A stretch of DNA of 64,000 bases. Source: Nageia nagi (taxonomy: Eukaryota > Plantae > Pinophyta). This document shows positions 13,825-27,699 of the stretch, in pieces. Under the pieces are notes generated by a model, which saw only the letters and a list, made by a program, of their open reading frames with translations, was not told the origin of the DNA and ran no database searches. Numbering within the stretch: the first letter of the stretch is position 1; the number at the start of each line of letters is the position of its first letter. The position numbers and the translations under genes were made by a program. The stretch spans positions 68,758,001 through 68,822,000 of the forward strand of contig JBITNC010000001.1 of NCBI GenBank assembly GCA_050084985.1, given 5' to 3'.

Positions 13825-16734
13825 CACCCTTGGCACAAGATCTATAATGATAAAGGAGTTTCACGTTCCTTTCTCATTGTTTGGTTTTATTTGTGACCCA
13901 TTTTTTTATATTTTTCTAAATGTTCACATGCTAACATGGGTTGATTCTTTTAGGAAATGTTTTTGGCTCATCTTAGGTGAAACCTTGCAGATCTAAAAAT
14001 GTCAAACTAAGCAAATTGGTAACTGGTCCTTATAGACCAATTGATAGAGTCTAATTGGCCCTTATCCTATTGATTACCTCTATATCTAAAGAATATGATC
14101 AACCCATAATAGATCGGTTTACCCTGATCGGACCTCATACAATTGGTTATAGTTAGATGACTCTCTTCCAATTAGCTACCAATTTTGAATTGGTATAATA
14201 TGAATCAGTTAGCCTATTTTTAGGTTTTGAGCTAGTTTTTAATCATTTTTGTAGCAAATGTCTTAGTTTTTCAATCTTGTAATTAGGTGAAAGTTTTCCA
14301 CTATTAAAATTTCAATTTTTGGGTTGTACAATGAAGTTTTTTTTAATGTTTTTAAGCTCCATTTCAAATTTTCTCTAGGTATCATTATAAATGATCGATA
14401 ATTGTTTGATTGACCCACTTTTTGGTACTGCTAGTTGGTTCAAACCAGGTTAGCTAGGATCAGAGTTTGTAAAACATTCATTTTGCTGCATGAGAGCTTA
14501 GAACAAGAACTTCCTAGGCTAGTATATATATATATTTTTTTTTATGATTTAGACTAGGTTCTATGTGTTTAGTGCATCCTAAAATTGTTATTCACTTGAT
14601 TTTGCTTTATTTTTAAAAAAAAAACCAAAAAAGAGAAAAGAAAGAAAAAAGAGCATTTTTCTTGCATTAGCGAATTTGCTATCATCCTTGGGAGGGAGTA
14701 ATTTTATTTTTGAAATTGTATTTTATATTTTTTAAAAAAAGAACAAATATTGAAGGGGTTAGTTTCATTTTACATGCATTTTGTTGCATATCATATTTGT
14801 TTTATTGTATTTGTATTAAAGTCCTCACAAGCCTAGGGAGAGCCTAGGGCATGTGGATTTCACCACCACAACCTAACCCATACTTGGATTTCATCACCAA
14901 GGTGGGAGCCCCCCCTCTATTAGTGATCAATCAATAGAGGTACTTGAGTGCCATTGCAAAATGATTCAAACCCCTAGAGATTGAGGCTTTACCTAGAAAA
15001 TGCTTGACTAGAATCATCTCTATGGAAATTAAAAAAGAGTCAAAATTTACAATCTAAGAATTGATATTATTAAAAAGATAAATATCCTAATTGGACAAGA
15101 AGTAATTAAATAAGATACTCATCATTGCTATCTTTCATATAATTGCTATCTTGCGCAAGGTAACATTGCCTTAAAGAGATCATTTTAGGGTTGTGTGCTC
15201 TAATCTTGCATCCATTAAAGAAGATCCTAACAAGATTCTAGGCTTTGTGTTTATTTTCTTTCACTTGTGCGGAACTATTATGACATATTTTTTCATGTCA
15301 TGTATTTTGTATATTTATGTGTCTAGTATGGAAAGTGAACCTCATAATGTGATTGAAACTAGATCACAATTTAAGGCTAGATAAACAAGGTATTCACAAT
15401 CCAATCCTCCTTCTCAACCACCTTCACCTCATACATATCAACCATCATCACTTCATGTCTCTCAACTATTTCATATCTCATCTTTTTGACACCATGAAGA
15501 AGCCATCCATAATGATCCTTTTATTGAAGAGCAACTTTTCTTGAGTGACCCTCATATTCAAGAGCTCTTCCGTTAGTTTAAGGCCTCATAGTATTTAGGT
15601 TCCAACCCTTCAATTTCCCATGTGGTTCATATTGAAAGTAAACCTATGGTAAGTTTACCACCTCATTTGGAAGAAGAGATAGGGATGTCACAACCTTTGC
15701 CTCCTCCTTCCTTCTCCCATGTTGTCATTATGGCAACTTCATCCTATCATCCTAGTGTATCCACTATTCCTAATCCTTATAATGTTGTTTACCATTATGA
15801 TCACATCTACGACAAACCACCATCATCCAACATGCCTTATTCTTCCATTGAACTATCACATGAACCTCTTGAATTTACTAGAACCATTTTATGAAGGATA
15901 AGAGCCTATACCAATGAGTCAAAAAGAGGAAATAGACCTACTTTTATTCCTACTCCTTGGCCTCATATACATGCCAAACAAGTCTTGTTAACATTTTTTC
16001 ATGCTACTTTGATTTCTCATGTAGATCCTTTCCAATCCTCCCATTCACAAGTTGAACCTCCCATTTTTAGACCATCGAGCAGTTCTCATCATGATGATGA
16101 AGAGAGAGCTTGCATGTTTGAAGAGTGGTATAAACTCCAAATGGTCAAATGATCCTTATAATTCATGGACACCAATCAAGGACAAGAAGTAAGTGCTAAC
16201 CCATAATTCTTGAGGGTTGCAACCCATCCCCATGCTACTATGATTGATCAACTTCATTTACAAGAATCTATAGTCCTTAGTCACATGGTTAATCCCAATC
16301 CTTAAGAGGTCATTCCATCATATGTACCACCCAAAGTTCCTTAACCTAGGATGCATGTTAATGCCATGTCTCAAGTTCCTTCTTCTCAGGTTTTCATTCT
16401 TATATATGTTAATCCTAAAAATTTTAATCTTACATAAATATATGTTGGTTCAAAACCTATGGAGCTTACCTCTATGCAACAATATTACCAATCCTTTTGA
16501 AACATTCAAGATCCATCCCTAGGACAAACACAAATCCCTCCATGAGGTTTGCATAATCAAGTTCCACAAGGATTCATGAGTCAACCTAATCCTACACAAG
16601 TGAATGTTGATCCAACTCAAATAATTTATCAACCTTAAGGGTAACAACAGGTAGCCAATACTTTAGGATATCAGGCTATTGGATCCATCCCTCCATCTAC
16701 TCCTTATGATGACATTCTGAAGAAATTATAGGAG

Positions 16735-18844
16735 ATGGAACAAAAGTTGAATAATCAGGGTAAATCTAAGGTATCTTATGGATCCATTTGCAATGAACCT
16801 ATCCATCCATATGTGCCTATCGAGTATTTTCCCTACAAGTTTGAGGTACCTAAGATGGATAAGTTTAAAGGAAAAGAAGATTCTAGAGAACATCTAAGAC
16901 AATTTAAGTATTCATGTTACATCATAGCTAGTGATGATGTTCTTATGTTAAGGACTTTTCCCATGACTTTGGTAGGACAAGAAATGGATTGGTATAAAAA
17001 CCTATCATAATGTAGTATTTTCTCCTTTGAATAGTTGGTAAATCAATTTCTAGATCATTTTGGGATAAACATAAGAAAAAGAGCTTCTATTATAGATTTA
17101 AGCAAGTTATCTTAGTTTGATGATGAATCTATATTAGATTATGGTTTTCATTGGAGAGTAGTTGTGAATGATATGCGTTATAGTTTACCATAAGAAGAAT
17201 TGGTCAAACTTTTCTCTAGGAGTTGTAACAAACATATCTCTTCTCTCCTACAAATTAAAAGGAACCCTACCTTTGAAGATGCCTTGGATCAAGTCAAAAT
17301 AATTGAAGAAGTAAAAATCAAGAAGGTGAAATGAAATTAAAGAAGAAGGATAGCAACAATAATAATAAAAAACATCATAATAATAGTGGAAATTCCAATC
17401 AAACTCAATCTTGACCATAAGCAAATCAAATTATGTATGCTGTCAATTAGGCTTAACCTATGTTATAGTTAGCATCTCTTAGGCAAAGAGATAATCAACC
17501 AAGGAATCAATATTAGCAACCAAATCAAGGAAACTATAATTAGGGTAATCAAGCATAATTCAATAAAGGAAATCAAAATGTTTAGAACAATACTCAAGTG
17601 AGACCTCCTAGACCATGTAGACAATTTTAGTATCAATAGAGAAATTGGACACAATTAGCAAAACCTATGGAGGATGTGCTCAAGAAGATTTTGGATACCA
17701 AGTTATTCACTCTCCCTAAAGTATTATAGTTAGATCCTCATGGTCATAGATTGTAGTGGTATAGGGATAATGAGTTTTGCATGTTCCATCATCAACAAGG
17801 TCATGCAACTAATAAACGTCAAACCTTAAGAGCTACAATCCAAAAGTTAATTGATGATGGCCATGTATCCATGGGAACACCCCAAGCTCAACCTAATAAA
17901 GGTTTGGGGATATATCAAAATCCTTTACCTAGACATAATATTAATGTGAATCAAGTAAGTACCATGCCCTCTATATCAAACCAAGTAATGCATAGTGGTT
18001 CCATACCTACTCAATTTGTTGGAATGATAGGCTTTGAACTAGTTTATATTGCTACTCATACAAGAAGAGGAGGTGAGAGAGAAACTCTTCCAAGAGATGT
18101 TAGAGTACAATAATCCACACCATAAGTACATATTTAGGTATAATCATAGCCTTGTTGACTAGTCATTACAATCTAGAATCAATTGGAATAGCAATTGCAG
18201 TTAACTCCTAGTAAGTTATCCTTATGGGATTTATTGCAACAATCTAGCGCTCATTGAGATGATTTGAATAACATACTTAATACCATTTAGCTACCTAATG
18301 ATGATCCTAAATCCTTTATGAATTTTTTTATGACTGTTCAAGATCATATTAGGCCTTCTATTACTTTCTATATGGATGAGGTATATCATACTTTTGGATC
18401 ATCTAAGAAACATCTAGCTATCTATATTATTGTATATGTAGAAGATAAGGGATTTAAGAGAGTTATGATTGATGAAGGATCAACTATAAATGTAGTATCT
18501 ACAACAGTGCTTAATAATATTGGTATCCCCATGTCTTATTTGATTGCTTCCACGTTGCCATCAGAGCATTTAATAATACTTTGTCTACAACATTAAGAGT
18601 GGTCATGATTCCTATTAAGGTTGGAGTAAGATCCATTCCTACATCCTGTCATGTTTTTAAGGGTGAGATGCAGTATAACATTCTTTTGGGTCTACCTTGG
18701 ATTGATGAAATGGAAGGTGTTTCTTATTTGATACATAGTTACTTCAAGTATTTACATGGTGGTAAGACTCATTGCATTCCTATGGATCCTACCCCTTTAG
18801 CCATTGCAACCTTATTCAAGCTCTTCATCCATTTTATATGCTAA
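16735..18844 (+). pseudogene. Tat/Ogre gag and aspartic protease pseudogene
   Basis: FEVPKMDKFKGKEDSREHL..LMLRTFPMTL..DWY (gag); FCMFHHQQGH; RVMIDEGSTINV and YNILLGLPWI (protease); many stops. Confidence 0.85.
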
Positions 18845-19473
18845 GTTTATTACCCATAACTATCCTTATAAATAATAAACCAAACAAATCATCATCTAGT
18901 TCATAAACTCCTCAATCTTTGCATCCTTGCCCCAATCCTTCCTTGGGTTGCAACCTTCATCATCCTCATATTCGTTAGATGTATCTTATCCCAACATTCC
19001 TAGTGGCAAGTCACCTATTTTTTCATTAATGGGCCAAGCACATTGAGATTAATATGCATTGGATCCATGAGTGAGTACAAAATGGTGAGATTGATGTATA
19101 ATATATTTTAAAAAATGATTAATTAGTAGATATCTTCATTAAATCATCACGAAATGATCCAAAGATCAATTGTATATATTGGAGACTTAACCAAAGGTCT
19201 TCATGTTTAGATAATTATGAGGATCAAATTAAAATATGGTGTATGTTGTTTGCAAAAGGATAGTGCCAACATTGAAGTAAGTGCAAATGCTACAAAAGGG
19301 TGTCAACACTAAGTCTTTTGAAGAATGAGGAGTCAAGACTATGGGAGATGGTATCTTCCTCATTTCAAGGGTATTCCAAAGATGAATTGATGTGTTCTAA
19401 AAGTTGTATAACCTCTTGAACAACCAACTCGAGATAGATGATAGGGTACTTGAGTCTTCATCTGATAATTACA

Positions 19474-21935
19474 TGTTGGGATTTAACTAGTTTTGATAAA
19501 TAGGAACAATTTGATTTTCAAAATTAAATATAAAGAATCAAAAATAATATAATAGACACAAGATATACTATGGTTTAACTAGGAGATCCTACATCCACCT
19601 AAAATAATTACTTTGGTATTATTTCAATCATAGAAGGAATTACAATCCATAACAAAATGTAGTATAATTCTTTTCAATACAATGCCTCCAATGTTCTCAT
19701 GAACATCCACACCACAACTGTGTCTCAACCTTCAATGTTCTCCACTGAATATTCACCCTTTAGACACACAATATTGAAATCCCCAATCTCCCTTTATAAT
19801 ACTAGTAAAGATAATTCTCTCTTAGAGAATTACATATTTATAAGATTTAATTCAAAATCCTATTGCATGCTTTCATTTGGATCTATTTTTAGTTACACAA
19901 AGTGCCTCACTAAAGGAGTTACAAACTTAAAAATAAATACAATTACATGAAAAATCTAGTTAAACAATGGATTCCCAATCTTCTCACCAAATCAAGCTCC
20001 ACAATCTTAGCAATCTCCCACTTGGAGATTGATCCACAACAATTCTACCATTGTTGCATCTACTGAAGATAAACCTTCAACCAAGTAAGGAATATCACCT
20101 CCTCTAGATTATTGTATCCATACTCTAAACTATCACACCAGACTGGTATCATCCATCCACTTTTATCCCTTTGATCAAAAACCAACATAAAACCTACCAA
20201 CCATAAATTAGTGATAATATCAACATCATCAAAATTATTATGTATCATGATGAATCAAACAACACCATCATGGTAAGATCTACATGCTATGGATGACACA
20301 TAATATGCATACACATAATATAGCTTTGCCACTATCTTTGAAAGTACACTCCTCGAGTGTGGTATTACCTACCAACTTAGAGACTTGGGGTTGCAATGAT
20401 TTAAAGTTGTAACCATATTATGTGTTCCATCCTAAGATCATACAATAAATCTTGAGCCATGCCCATCTTCTTGGAATTATCTCCCAGCTCCCATTGCTTG
20501 GCCAATCTTCAGTATTTCATAGTCAAGATTAATACAATCTTCAAAAAGTATCAAGGCATCTTTTAACATGTCACCAATTATGTTTCCTCTAATCTTCCTC
20601 CATCTCCATTATGAGATCAATAATCTTTCTTTCGATGCCCCTTCTTGCTGCAATGCCAACACTCCATCTTTTCCTTGGACCTAAATCCATCTTATTTCTC
20701 TCCACGTTTCCCCAAACTCATTCCTCTTGTCCTCTATTTTTATATGGAAATCAATGCTACATCAGATGATGACTCTCATGTGCTTTTCCTTTGTATATCA
20801 TGAAAATGACTACACTCACCATATCATTAAAAGAAAGAAAATAGTACTAATAGCCATTACCAATATCTCCCAGCTATCAGTTAGTGAATGCAAGAATAGA
20901 ATGGCCTACATATCTTTATCTATTTTAAATTTACAAGAGGCTAACTTACTAACAAAAGTATTGAACTCATGTAAATGACTAGTTACAGATCCACCTTTTG
21001 ACATACACAAATTATAAAGTTGCTTTACTAAGAATACCTTGGGACTTTCATAAAGCATTTTCAGTGCATCCGTAAGATCCTTTATGGTATTTTCCTTAGA
21101 GATGTTGAATACCAAAAAAGATGTGAGACTCTATCAAGTAACAACCAATGCCTTCCTATCAAGAAGAATCCACTCCTCGTCTATCATAAAAGAATATTTC
21201 TTTGTTGCTCACTCTAGAGGTAGATAAAAATATTTCATCAACAAGTATTAAATCTACATTCGCCAAAATTGGTAAATTCTTTCCATCAAATTTCCACACT
21301 CCCAATTTTGATATGTCTTCCATTTCTCCTACTCGAACTAAAAACTCTCCTATTTTTTGAGTACACCCAATAATTAGCTCTAATACCAGTTTTTCGGATT
21401 CAACTAGTTCTAATAAACATGAATAATCTAATTTGCATAATTAAATAAAGAGAATCATAAATAAAATAATAGACACAAGATATACTATGGTTTAGCTATA
21501 AGAGCCTACATTCATCTGAAGCAATTAATTTGGTATTATTTCAACCATAGGAATAATTAAAATCCATAAAAAAATACTATATAATTCTCTACAACACAAT
21601 GCCTCCAATGTTCACATGAACATCCACACACCACAACCATGTCTCAGCATTCAATGTTCTCAATCGAACATTCACCCATCAAACACATAATATTGAAAAC
21701 CCTAATCTCCCTTTACAATACCAAAAAAGATAATTCTCTTTTAGAGAATTATATATTTAAAAGATTTAATTCCAAAGTCTCTTTATATGCTTTCCTTTGG
21801 ATCTATTTTTAGTTACACATAGTGCCTCACTAAAGGAGGAGTTACAAACTTAAAAATAAATACAATTACATGTAAACTCTAGTTAAATAGTGAATTCCCT
21901 ATCATCCCATCAAATCAAGCTCCATAATCCTAACA
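19474..21935 (-). mobile_element. Small non-autonomous Copia element (gag only)
   Basis: LTRs 19474-20012 and 21391-21935; TSD TTACA; PBS (GCTCTAATACCA on + strand) 21377-21388; PPT (ATCTCCCACTT on + strand) 20013-20023; gag ORF fragment 20906-21115; internal region only ~1.4 kb. Confidence 0.92.
20600..21330 (-). pseudogene. Copia gag (UBN2-type) pseudogene
   Basis: FNISKENTIKDLTDALKMLYESPKVFLVKQLYNLCMSKGGSVTSHLHEFN. Confidence 0.85.
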
Positions 21936-23064
21936 TTACAATATTATGGTAGCACCAACATTAAGGTTAGCACTAGCACTAGGCTTTTGGAGTAGTTTGA
22001 TTTCAAAGTTAGGAGTTTCGATGGATGTAGGAGATGTCATACTTGTATTTTTACTCTGTTTAGATTCTTGCATGAAGAGGCTAGCACCAGTGCTACTATT
22101 ACAAATAATTTATTAGGGAATTTGAAGAGGTTTGAATTATTATTTTAGTTTCCAAGGAGTTGGAGAGCCATGTAACCATCTAGGGAGCATTGTTTCATCC
22201 TATATTATCTTGTGGAATCCTCATTTTGTGGTTAAATTTAGTGGCAAGGTTGTAGAAGATGATGCATGAATCCTAAGCATTGTATGTGATTAGAGAGGTG
22301 TTGTAAACTTGTGAGGACATATTATTGAAGGTTGTGAAAGATATAGGAGTATATGCTATTGTATGTAATAATTATTGCTCTTACCTTGACATTGTAATAC
22401 TTCATTTGAGATCAATAGTTTCAAAATCCATGATAAAACAAGATGTACTCTCACATTGAGAGGAACCTCTATAAATATTTGTATCAACCTTATGTGTGTA
22501 CGCTTACAATATTTTATGTGTATGATTGCAATATTTTATTATTGATAATTTCATTGAATTGTTCAAGTAATTTGACTATCATACATACAATTAAAGTGAA
22601 ATGGCATAGTTAATAATACTAATCTATATTTGAGTACCTAAGAATGTTATAAGCATATAGTGATTACAAATCATGTGGTATTATAGCTTATTTTGTTGTT
22701 GAAAAGGCTTGTGTATGCAAGGTAGAATATCTTGGAACCATGAGTTATTTCCTTTCAACCCAAATATTAGTAGAAGATAAAGAAGAAATAATAAAATGGA
22801 AGGGTTTGAGGAAGAACAACCAACCGCAATAATGTTATATGTATATTTTAAGAGAAGGTTCATTGCATTAGAAAATAATATGAATCAACTTATGAAATTG
22901 ATGAGAAGAATTCAGGTTCAATCCCAAACTAAGGGATCTAAACAAACTAAACAATGGGGAATTTAATGCAACAATATTCAAGATCTTAATCTTTTTCATC
23001 CATTCCTTTCATAGTGGAAGCCAAGTTGGACATTCCAATATTTGCATGACATATTAATGAGGAA

Positions 23065-23065
<1 letters not shown>

Positions 23066-23119
<54 letters not shown>
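23066..23119. repeat. (AAT)18 microsatellite
   Basis: Directly visible. Confidence 0.97.
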
Positions 23120-23120
<1 letters not shown>

Positions 23121-23469
23121 GGTGAGGATGGGGATTAGAAAGGTGACTTAAGTAAGCTCTTGTGTTTTTTTCATCCTACTAATACCTAAGGTTAGATTGT
23201 GATTTGCTCCCAAATGATATTAGCATCCCCCTATGTAGTGAAAAAGGGACTCCTTGTTGGTGTATAAGATTAGATGGTTTTTGATCTATGGAAAAGGTGG
23301 AAATATTTTAATAGCCTAAACATTAGTGCTAAATCAAGAGATGGTCATGACATCTCATCTCCTACTGGCCATGTCGGAGGTAGGTGTACCTTGTCATGCA
23401 CCAATAGTTGGCATCACCCTATTTTGTGGAGTGATGATGGTATAGAGGTAGGTGTACCTTGTCATGGAC

Positions 23470-26150
23470 CAATAGGTATCATGCTTACCCAAAAGAAAAA
23501 TCAAGTGAAAGAACAAGTTATCTATTACCTTAGTCATACTCTTATTGATTATGAGAATAGGTACATCTACATAGAGCTTATTTGCCTTGCCATTATCTTC
23601 ACAGCTAAGAAATTATGACATTACATGCTTAATCATATGACTTAATAATTTTTCATGCTAATCTCCTTTAATACATGATGAGTAAAACTTACCATAATTC
23701 AAGAACATCTAAGTGGTTCATGTTTTTATCCAAAGTTTGACCTTGATTTTATTAGTCAAAAGTCCATTAAAGTTTAGGTTATAACATATCAATTGGTTGA
23801 AGCTCTTTTGATCAATAATGCTCCTCTTGACATCAATCCCCATAATGAGGATATCTTTAAGATTGATCAAGAAGAGGAATCCATCAATACACATGAAGAA
23901 TTCAACATGAATATGTATTTTAATGGATCCAAATGTGAACAAGGGGCTGGCACTAGTGTCATCTTCTTCACACCTCAAGGTGTTTCCATCCCTTATTCCT
24001 TCAAGTTGGCTTTCCCTTGTACCAATAACAATGCAAAATATGAAGCCTTGATCTTAGGTATTAATACTACCATCACCCTTAAGATTAAACAACTCATAAT
24101 CTATGGTGATTCTCTTTTGATCGTAAATCAAGTTTTGGGAGTATATCAATGTCATAATGAACTCCTTATGTATTATAGAGAAGAATTTGTTAAGCTCCTC
24201 AAATTTTTCAAACCCTATAAGATCGAGTCATCTCCTAGGTCTTCTAATCAGTTTGCGAACACTATGGCTTCTTTGGGGTCACTCATTCCACCTAATCCTC
24301 ATTATCACATCAACATGTGGAAATTTTGACTCTCAAAGAGTTATCCCTTAAGCTAATCATCAAAGCTAGCATTAGTGAGATTTTGATTAAGTATAGAGAC
24401 TTATGGTACAAATATTTTCATGAGTACCTCAAGTGGAATGATTTACCTTCAAACTTGTCCCCTATGAGAAGTGAGATTTCAAACATCATGCTACTCGATA
24501 TGTTCTCTTAGGTAATATCCCTTATAAGTGATCTTTTGATGTAGTCCTTCTTCATTGTCTTGATCTTTGTGATCAATAAATTGCCATGTTAGATTGTCAT
24601 GATGGAATTTGTGGTAGAACACTTTAATGGCACTGCTATTGCCAAACATCTCCTATAGATGGGTTATTATTGGCCTACCATGCAATGTGATTATAATGAA
24701 TATGTAAAGAAATGTATCAAGTATCAACAACATGCCCATATTTAGCATGTGCCATTTCAACCTCTTCAACCTGTTCAAGCCATGTGGCCTTTCATCCAAT
24801 GGGGTTTTGATCTTGTTGATCAGTTTATTCCTCCTTCATCTCATAGTCATAAATTCATCATCACTACTACTAAGTACCTTACTAAGTGTGTAGAGGTGAT
24901 CTTGTTAGTCTCTATCATTGATCATAAGATAGTATCTTTCATAGAGACTCATATCATATGATGATTTGGTATTCCTATAAGGATCATTACTGATAATGGT
25001 CTTAACTTTAAAAATCAATATATGAAGAGATTGTGTAACCAGTATCATATCAAGTAATCTTTCTCCATGCCTTATTATCCTTAAGGTAATGGACAAGCTA
25101 ACGCCACCAACAAGACAATTGTCATGATCCTAAAGAAGATGGTTAACGATAACCATGGTAATTGGCTTGAGTTTCTCTAGTATGATTTATGGACATATCT
25201 CACTAGTATTTGGATGCCCACAAGTGCTACGCATTTCTCTCTCATCTATTGTGCCAAGGCTATCATTCCTCTTGTGCTTGAGATCCCTTCCTTGCTCATG
25301 TCACTCAAGGACCTTATCCCTGATAAAGAAGCTCATTGAGATCAATTGGAACAACTTGCTTTGCTTGATGAGAGACATATCTATTGGAATGTATAATGCA
25401 TTATTGTAAATGTTTTGTAATAATCTTATATGTACGTTAACTAATAGAGTATCATTTGATACCTTAAGTATTTAAGTGAATATGATAATGTCACTTGTCC
25501 TACACTCCATGTCATGAGCATGCCCCTTAGGTAAAAAGGAGTGCATGACATGCCTTTGTACATTGGGTAAAAGCATGATCCAAAGAAGGATTTTGGCCTA
25601 TAAATAGAAGGCTCCCTATTTGTTATCACACACCAATTTATGGAGTAAAGTTATGCTAGAGGATAGTGTTTAGGAGTATTGTAAGAGTTAATATTTGTGA
25701 ATGAAGTGAGATCTAGTTAGTGGATGTACTCCTAGTTGGAGGAACCACTTACATCTTGTGTTATGTTGTGAGATTGCTTTGTGAGTTATTTATATGTGTT
25801 TGTGATCTTTAAAGAGATCTTGATTGATAAGGATCATTAATGTTATAGTTCAATCCTTCAGTATCAATGTAATTAAACATCACAAAATCTATCAAGAGTG
25901 TCTTAAGTGAGCATTTAACAAGAAAGTTAATCCTCATGGATTTCAAGTTTATGATCTTGTTCTCAAAGTAAATCAACAACAATATCATCTTAAGCATCCT
26001 CTTAAAGATAATTTTTTTTCCCAATTGGTTAGGTCCCTTCATTGTTAAGTGCAATATCGGTTTGAAAGTATATCATCTTGCTAACTTAGAAGGATGGGAA
26101 GAACTTGAGCCAATCAATATCATTTATCTTCATCTTTTTTATTCTTGATT
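23470..26150 (+). pseudogene. Tat/Ogre RNase H, archaeal-type RNase H (aRH) and integrase pseudogene
   Basis: EQVIYYLSHTLIDYENRY (RH); YFNGS..GAG..CTNNNAKYEALILG..GDSLLIVNQV (aRH, ORF 23793-24329); WPFIQWGFDLV (INT); PNWLGPF tail after the solo LTR. Confidence 0.9.
25382..25860 (+). mobile_element. Solo LTR, same family as the LTR at 63202
   Basis: Homologous to 63202-63699; flanked by ATATC/GTATC (TSD with 1 mismatch); interrupts the Tat integrase; TATA-like CCTATAAATAG at ~25597. Confidence 0.88.
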
Positions 26151-26192
26151 TAAGTTTATTTTATGTTCTTCTTGGTTTTGTTTCATCTCATG

Positions 26193-26689
26193 TGTGAGAG
26201 GGCCACCTCTCCCGGGGTGGTGAGTGTACATAGAGCGCAACTTCTAGTACACAGGGATCCATTTCGAGCCCAGACTGTCGTGCTTTAGGAACCATGGCGG
26301 ACAAGGTTGAGAGTTCATTCCTATGGTTGGACTGGGTGACATGGATGGGCAAATAAAGCTCAGGGAGACCTTAGGGGTGATACCCATTTGAAGGTTGCTG
26401 GTTGGGTGGTGAGCACCAAGCACTCTGGTAACTATGACAAATCAGTCCAATGCTCCAAGGGGTCAGACCAGCTCTAGAGGTATGAGGCCTCGAGTAGTAT
26501 GCAACTACAGACTTGATGGATATGATAGAGTTGGCTAGCCATGCGGGATGGGCCATGAGAGGATACATCTGGCAGGGGTGATTACCATAAGTCCAGTACC
26601 TAGGCTTTCAGACTGTGTCGACTATGTCGATGCTGGGTGTTACCATCGATGGCCATGCCCCAAGGGGTGGCTCATTTGGTAGCATTTCA
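26193..26689 (+). repeat. 5' LTR of chromovirus
   Basis: Direct repeat of 41726-42222. Confidence 0.95.
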
Positions 26690-26861
26690 TGTGGTATCAG
26701 AGCCTTGGGGGTTTAGGTAAGGAGGGTGCCATGTGCCATGCGTATCGTGCTGATTCAACCCACATGAAACATGATGCTGCAAAGGGGATTTGGTTACTCA
26801 CCTAGGCCTCATCGACCAAGGCATGTGGGTATGCACCAATGCTTAATTACTGCACATGCAA

Positions 26862-27000
26862 GGGTGCCGATCTACCAAATGAGGTAGCATCTCACCAAGG
26901 TGCTGATGCACTGAATGAGGTAGCACCCTCCCGAGGGTGCTGATGCACTGAAGGAGGTAGCACCCGCCCATGGGTGCCGATGCACCAAAGGAGGTAGCAC
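26862..27000 (+). repeat. Tandem repeat, ~36-37 bp x4, in the chromovirus 5' UTR
   Basis: GGTGCYGATGCACYRAAKGAGGTAGCAC units at ~26862, 26899, 26935 and 26972. Confidence 0.9.
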
Positions 27001-27699
27001 TTATGAAACTACTTATGTAAGGAGTGGGATCCCGTATGCCTTATCGATGGCATAATAGAATTGCTATGTGAAAGGCAAAACATGGTTTCTATCATACCCC
27101 CCCAATCCCGTGTGAAACTATAGAGAGTATAGCAAGGGTGGGAGAATGTGATGTGATGTTTACCATGTGTTTGTGCATGCTTGTGTTGCATGTTTATTTT
27201 TTCTCATGCACAACCTTTGTTTGCCTTAGCAATTCATGGTGCCTTGTGTTGTGTCCTGATCGATATGTCCCTTGATGTAGGTTTGAAGCGTGAAGTGTGA
27301 TAGCTGTGTCCGCATGTGTCTACCTACATCAGACTATTATTGGGGATTATGTCAAGTTGTTCAAGATGTATACGCAACCAATGGAAGAAATACTATTGGA
27401 TGAGGGGCCTTAGGAAGTGGCACCATAGGAACCGGTTGCTCAGGATGAAGAGGAGGAAACTCCTTACCGAGTCATACACCAAATAATGATGGATAAATAT
27501 TTGGAATAGTTCAAGGAACTGAGGGATCAAAATAAAAGGAAACCTCATGGTGAGAGAGAGGGGGATGGTGATAAAATTTTTAAGCTTCAGGCAGAAGCTG
27601 CTGCCCTTGTAGAGGAGCACAAGGTCATACGTAGTGAGATTATGGACTTGGGTAACTATGTTTTTGACTTAGAGACTCAAGTGGGCAAAGATAGATGGG

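Larger units (their letters stand above)
19092..23065 (+). mobile_element. CRM-like Gypsy 5' fragment (LTR interrupted by a Copia, PBS, start of gag)
   Basis: TGATG at 19092 to AATCA at 22673; degenerate PBS TGGTATTATAGC 22676-22687; gag-like KPKLDIPIF at ~23020. Confidence 0.5.
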
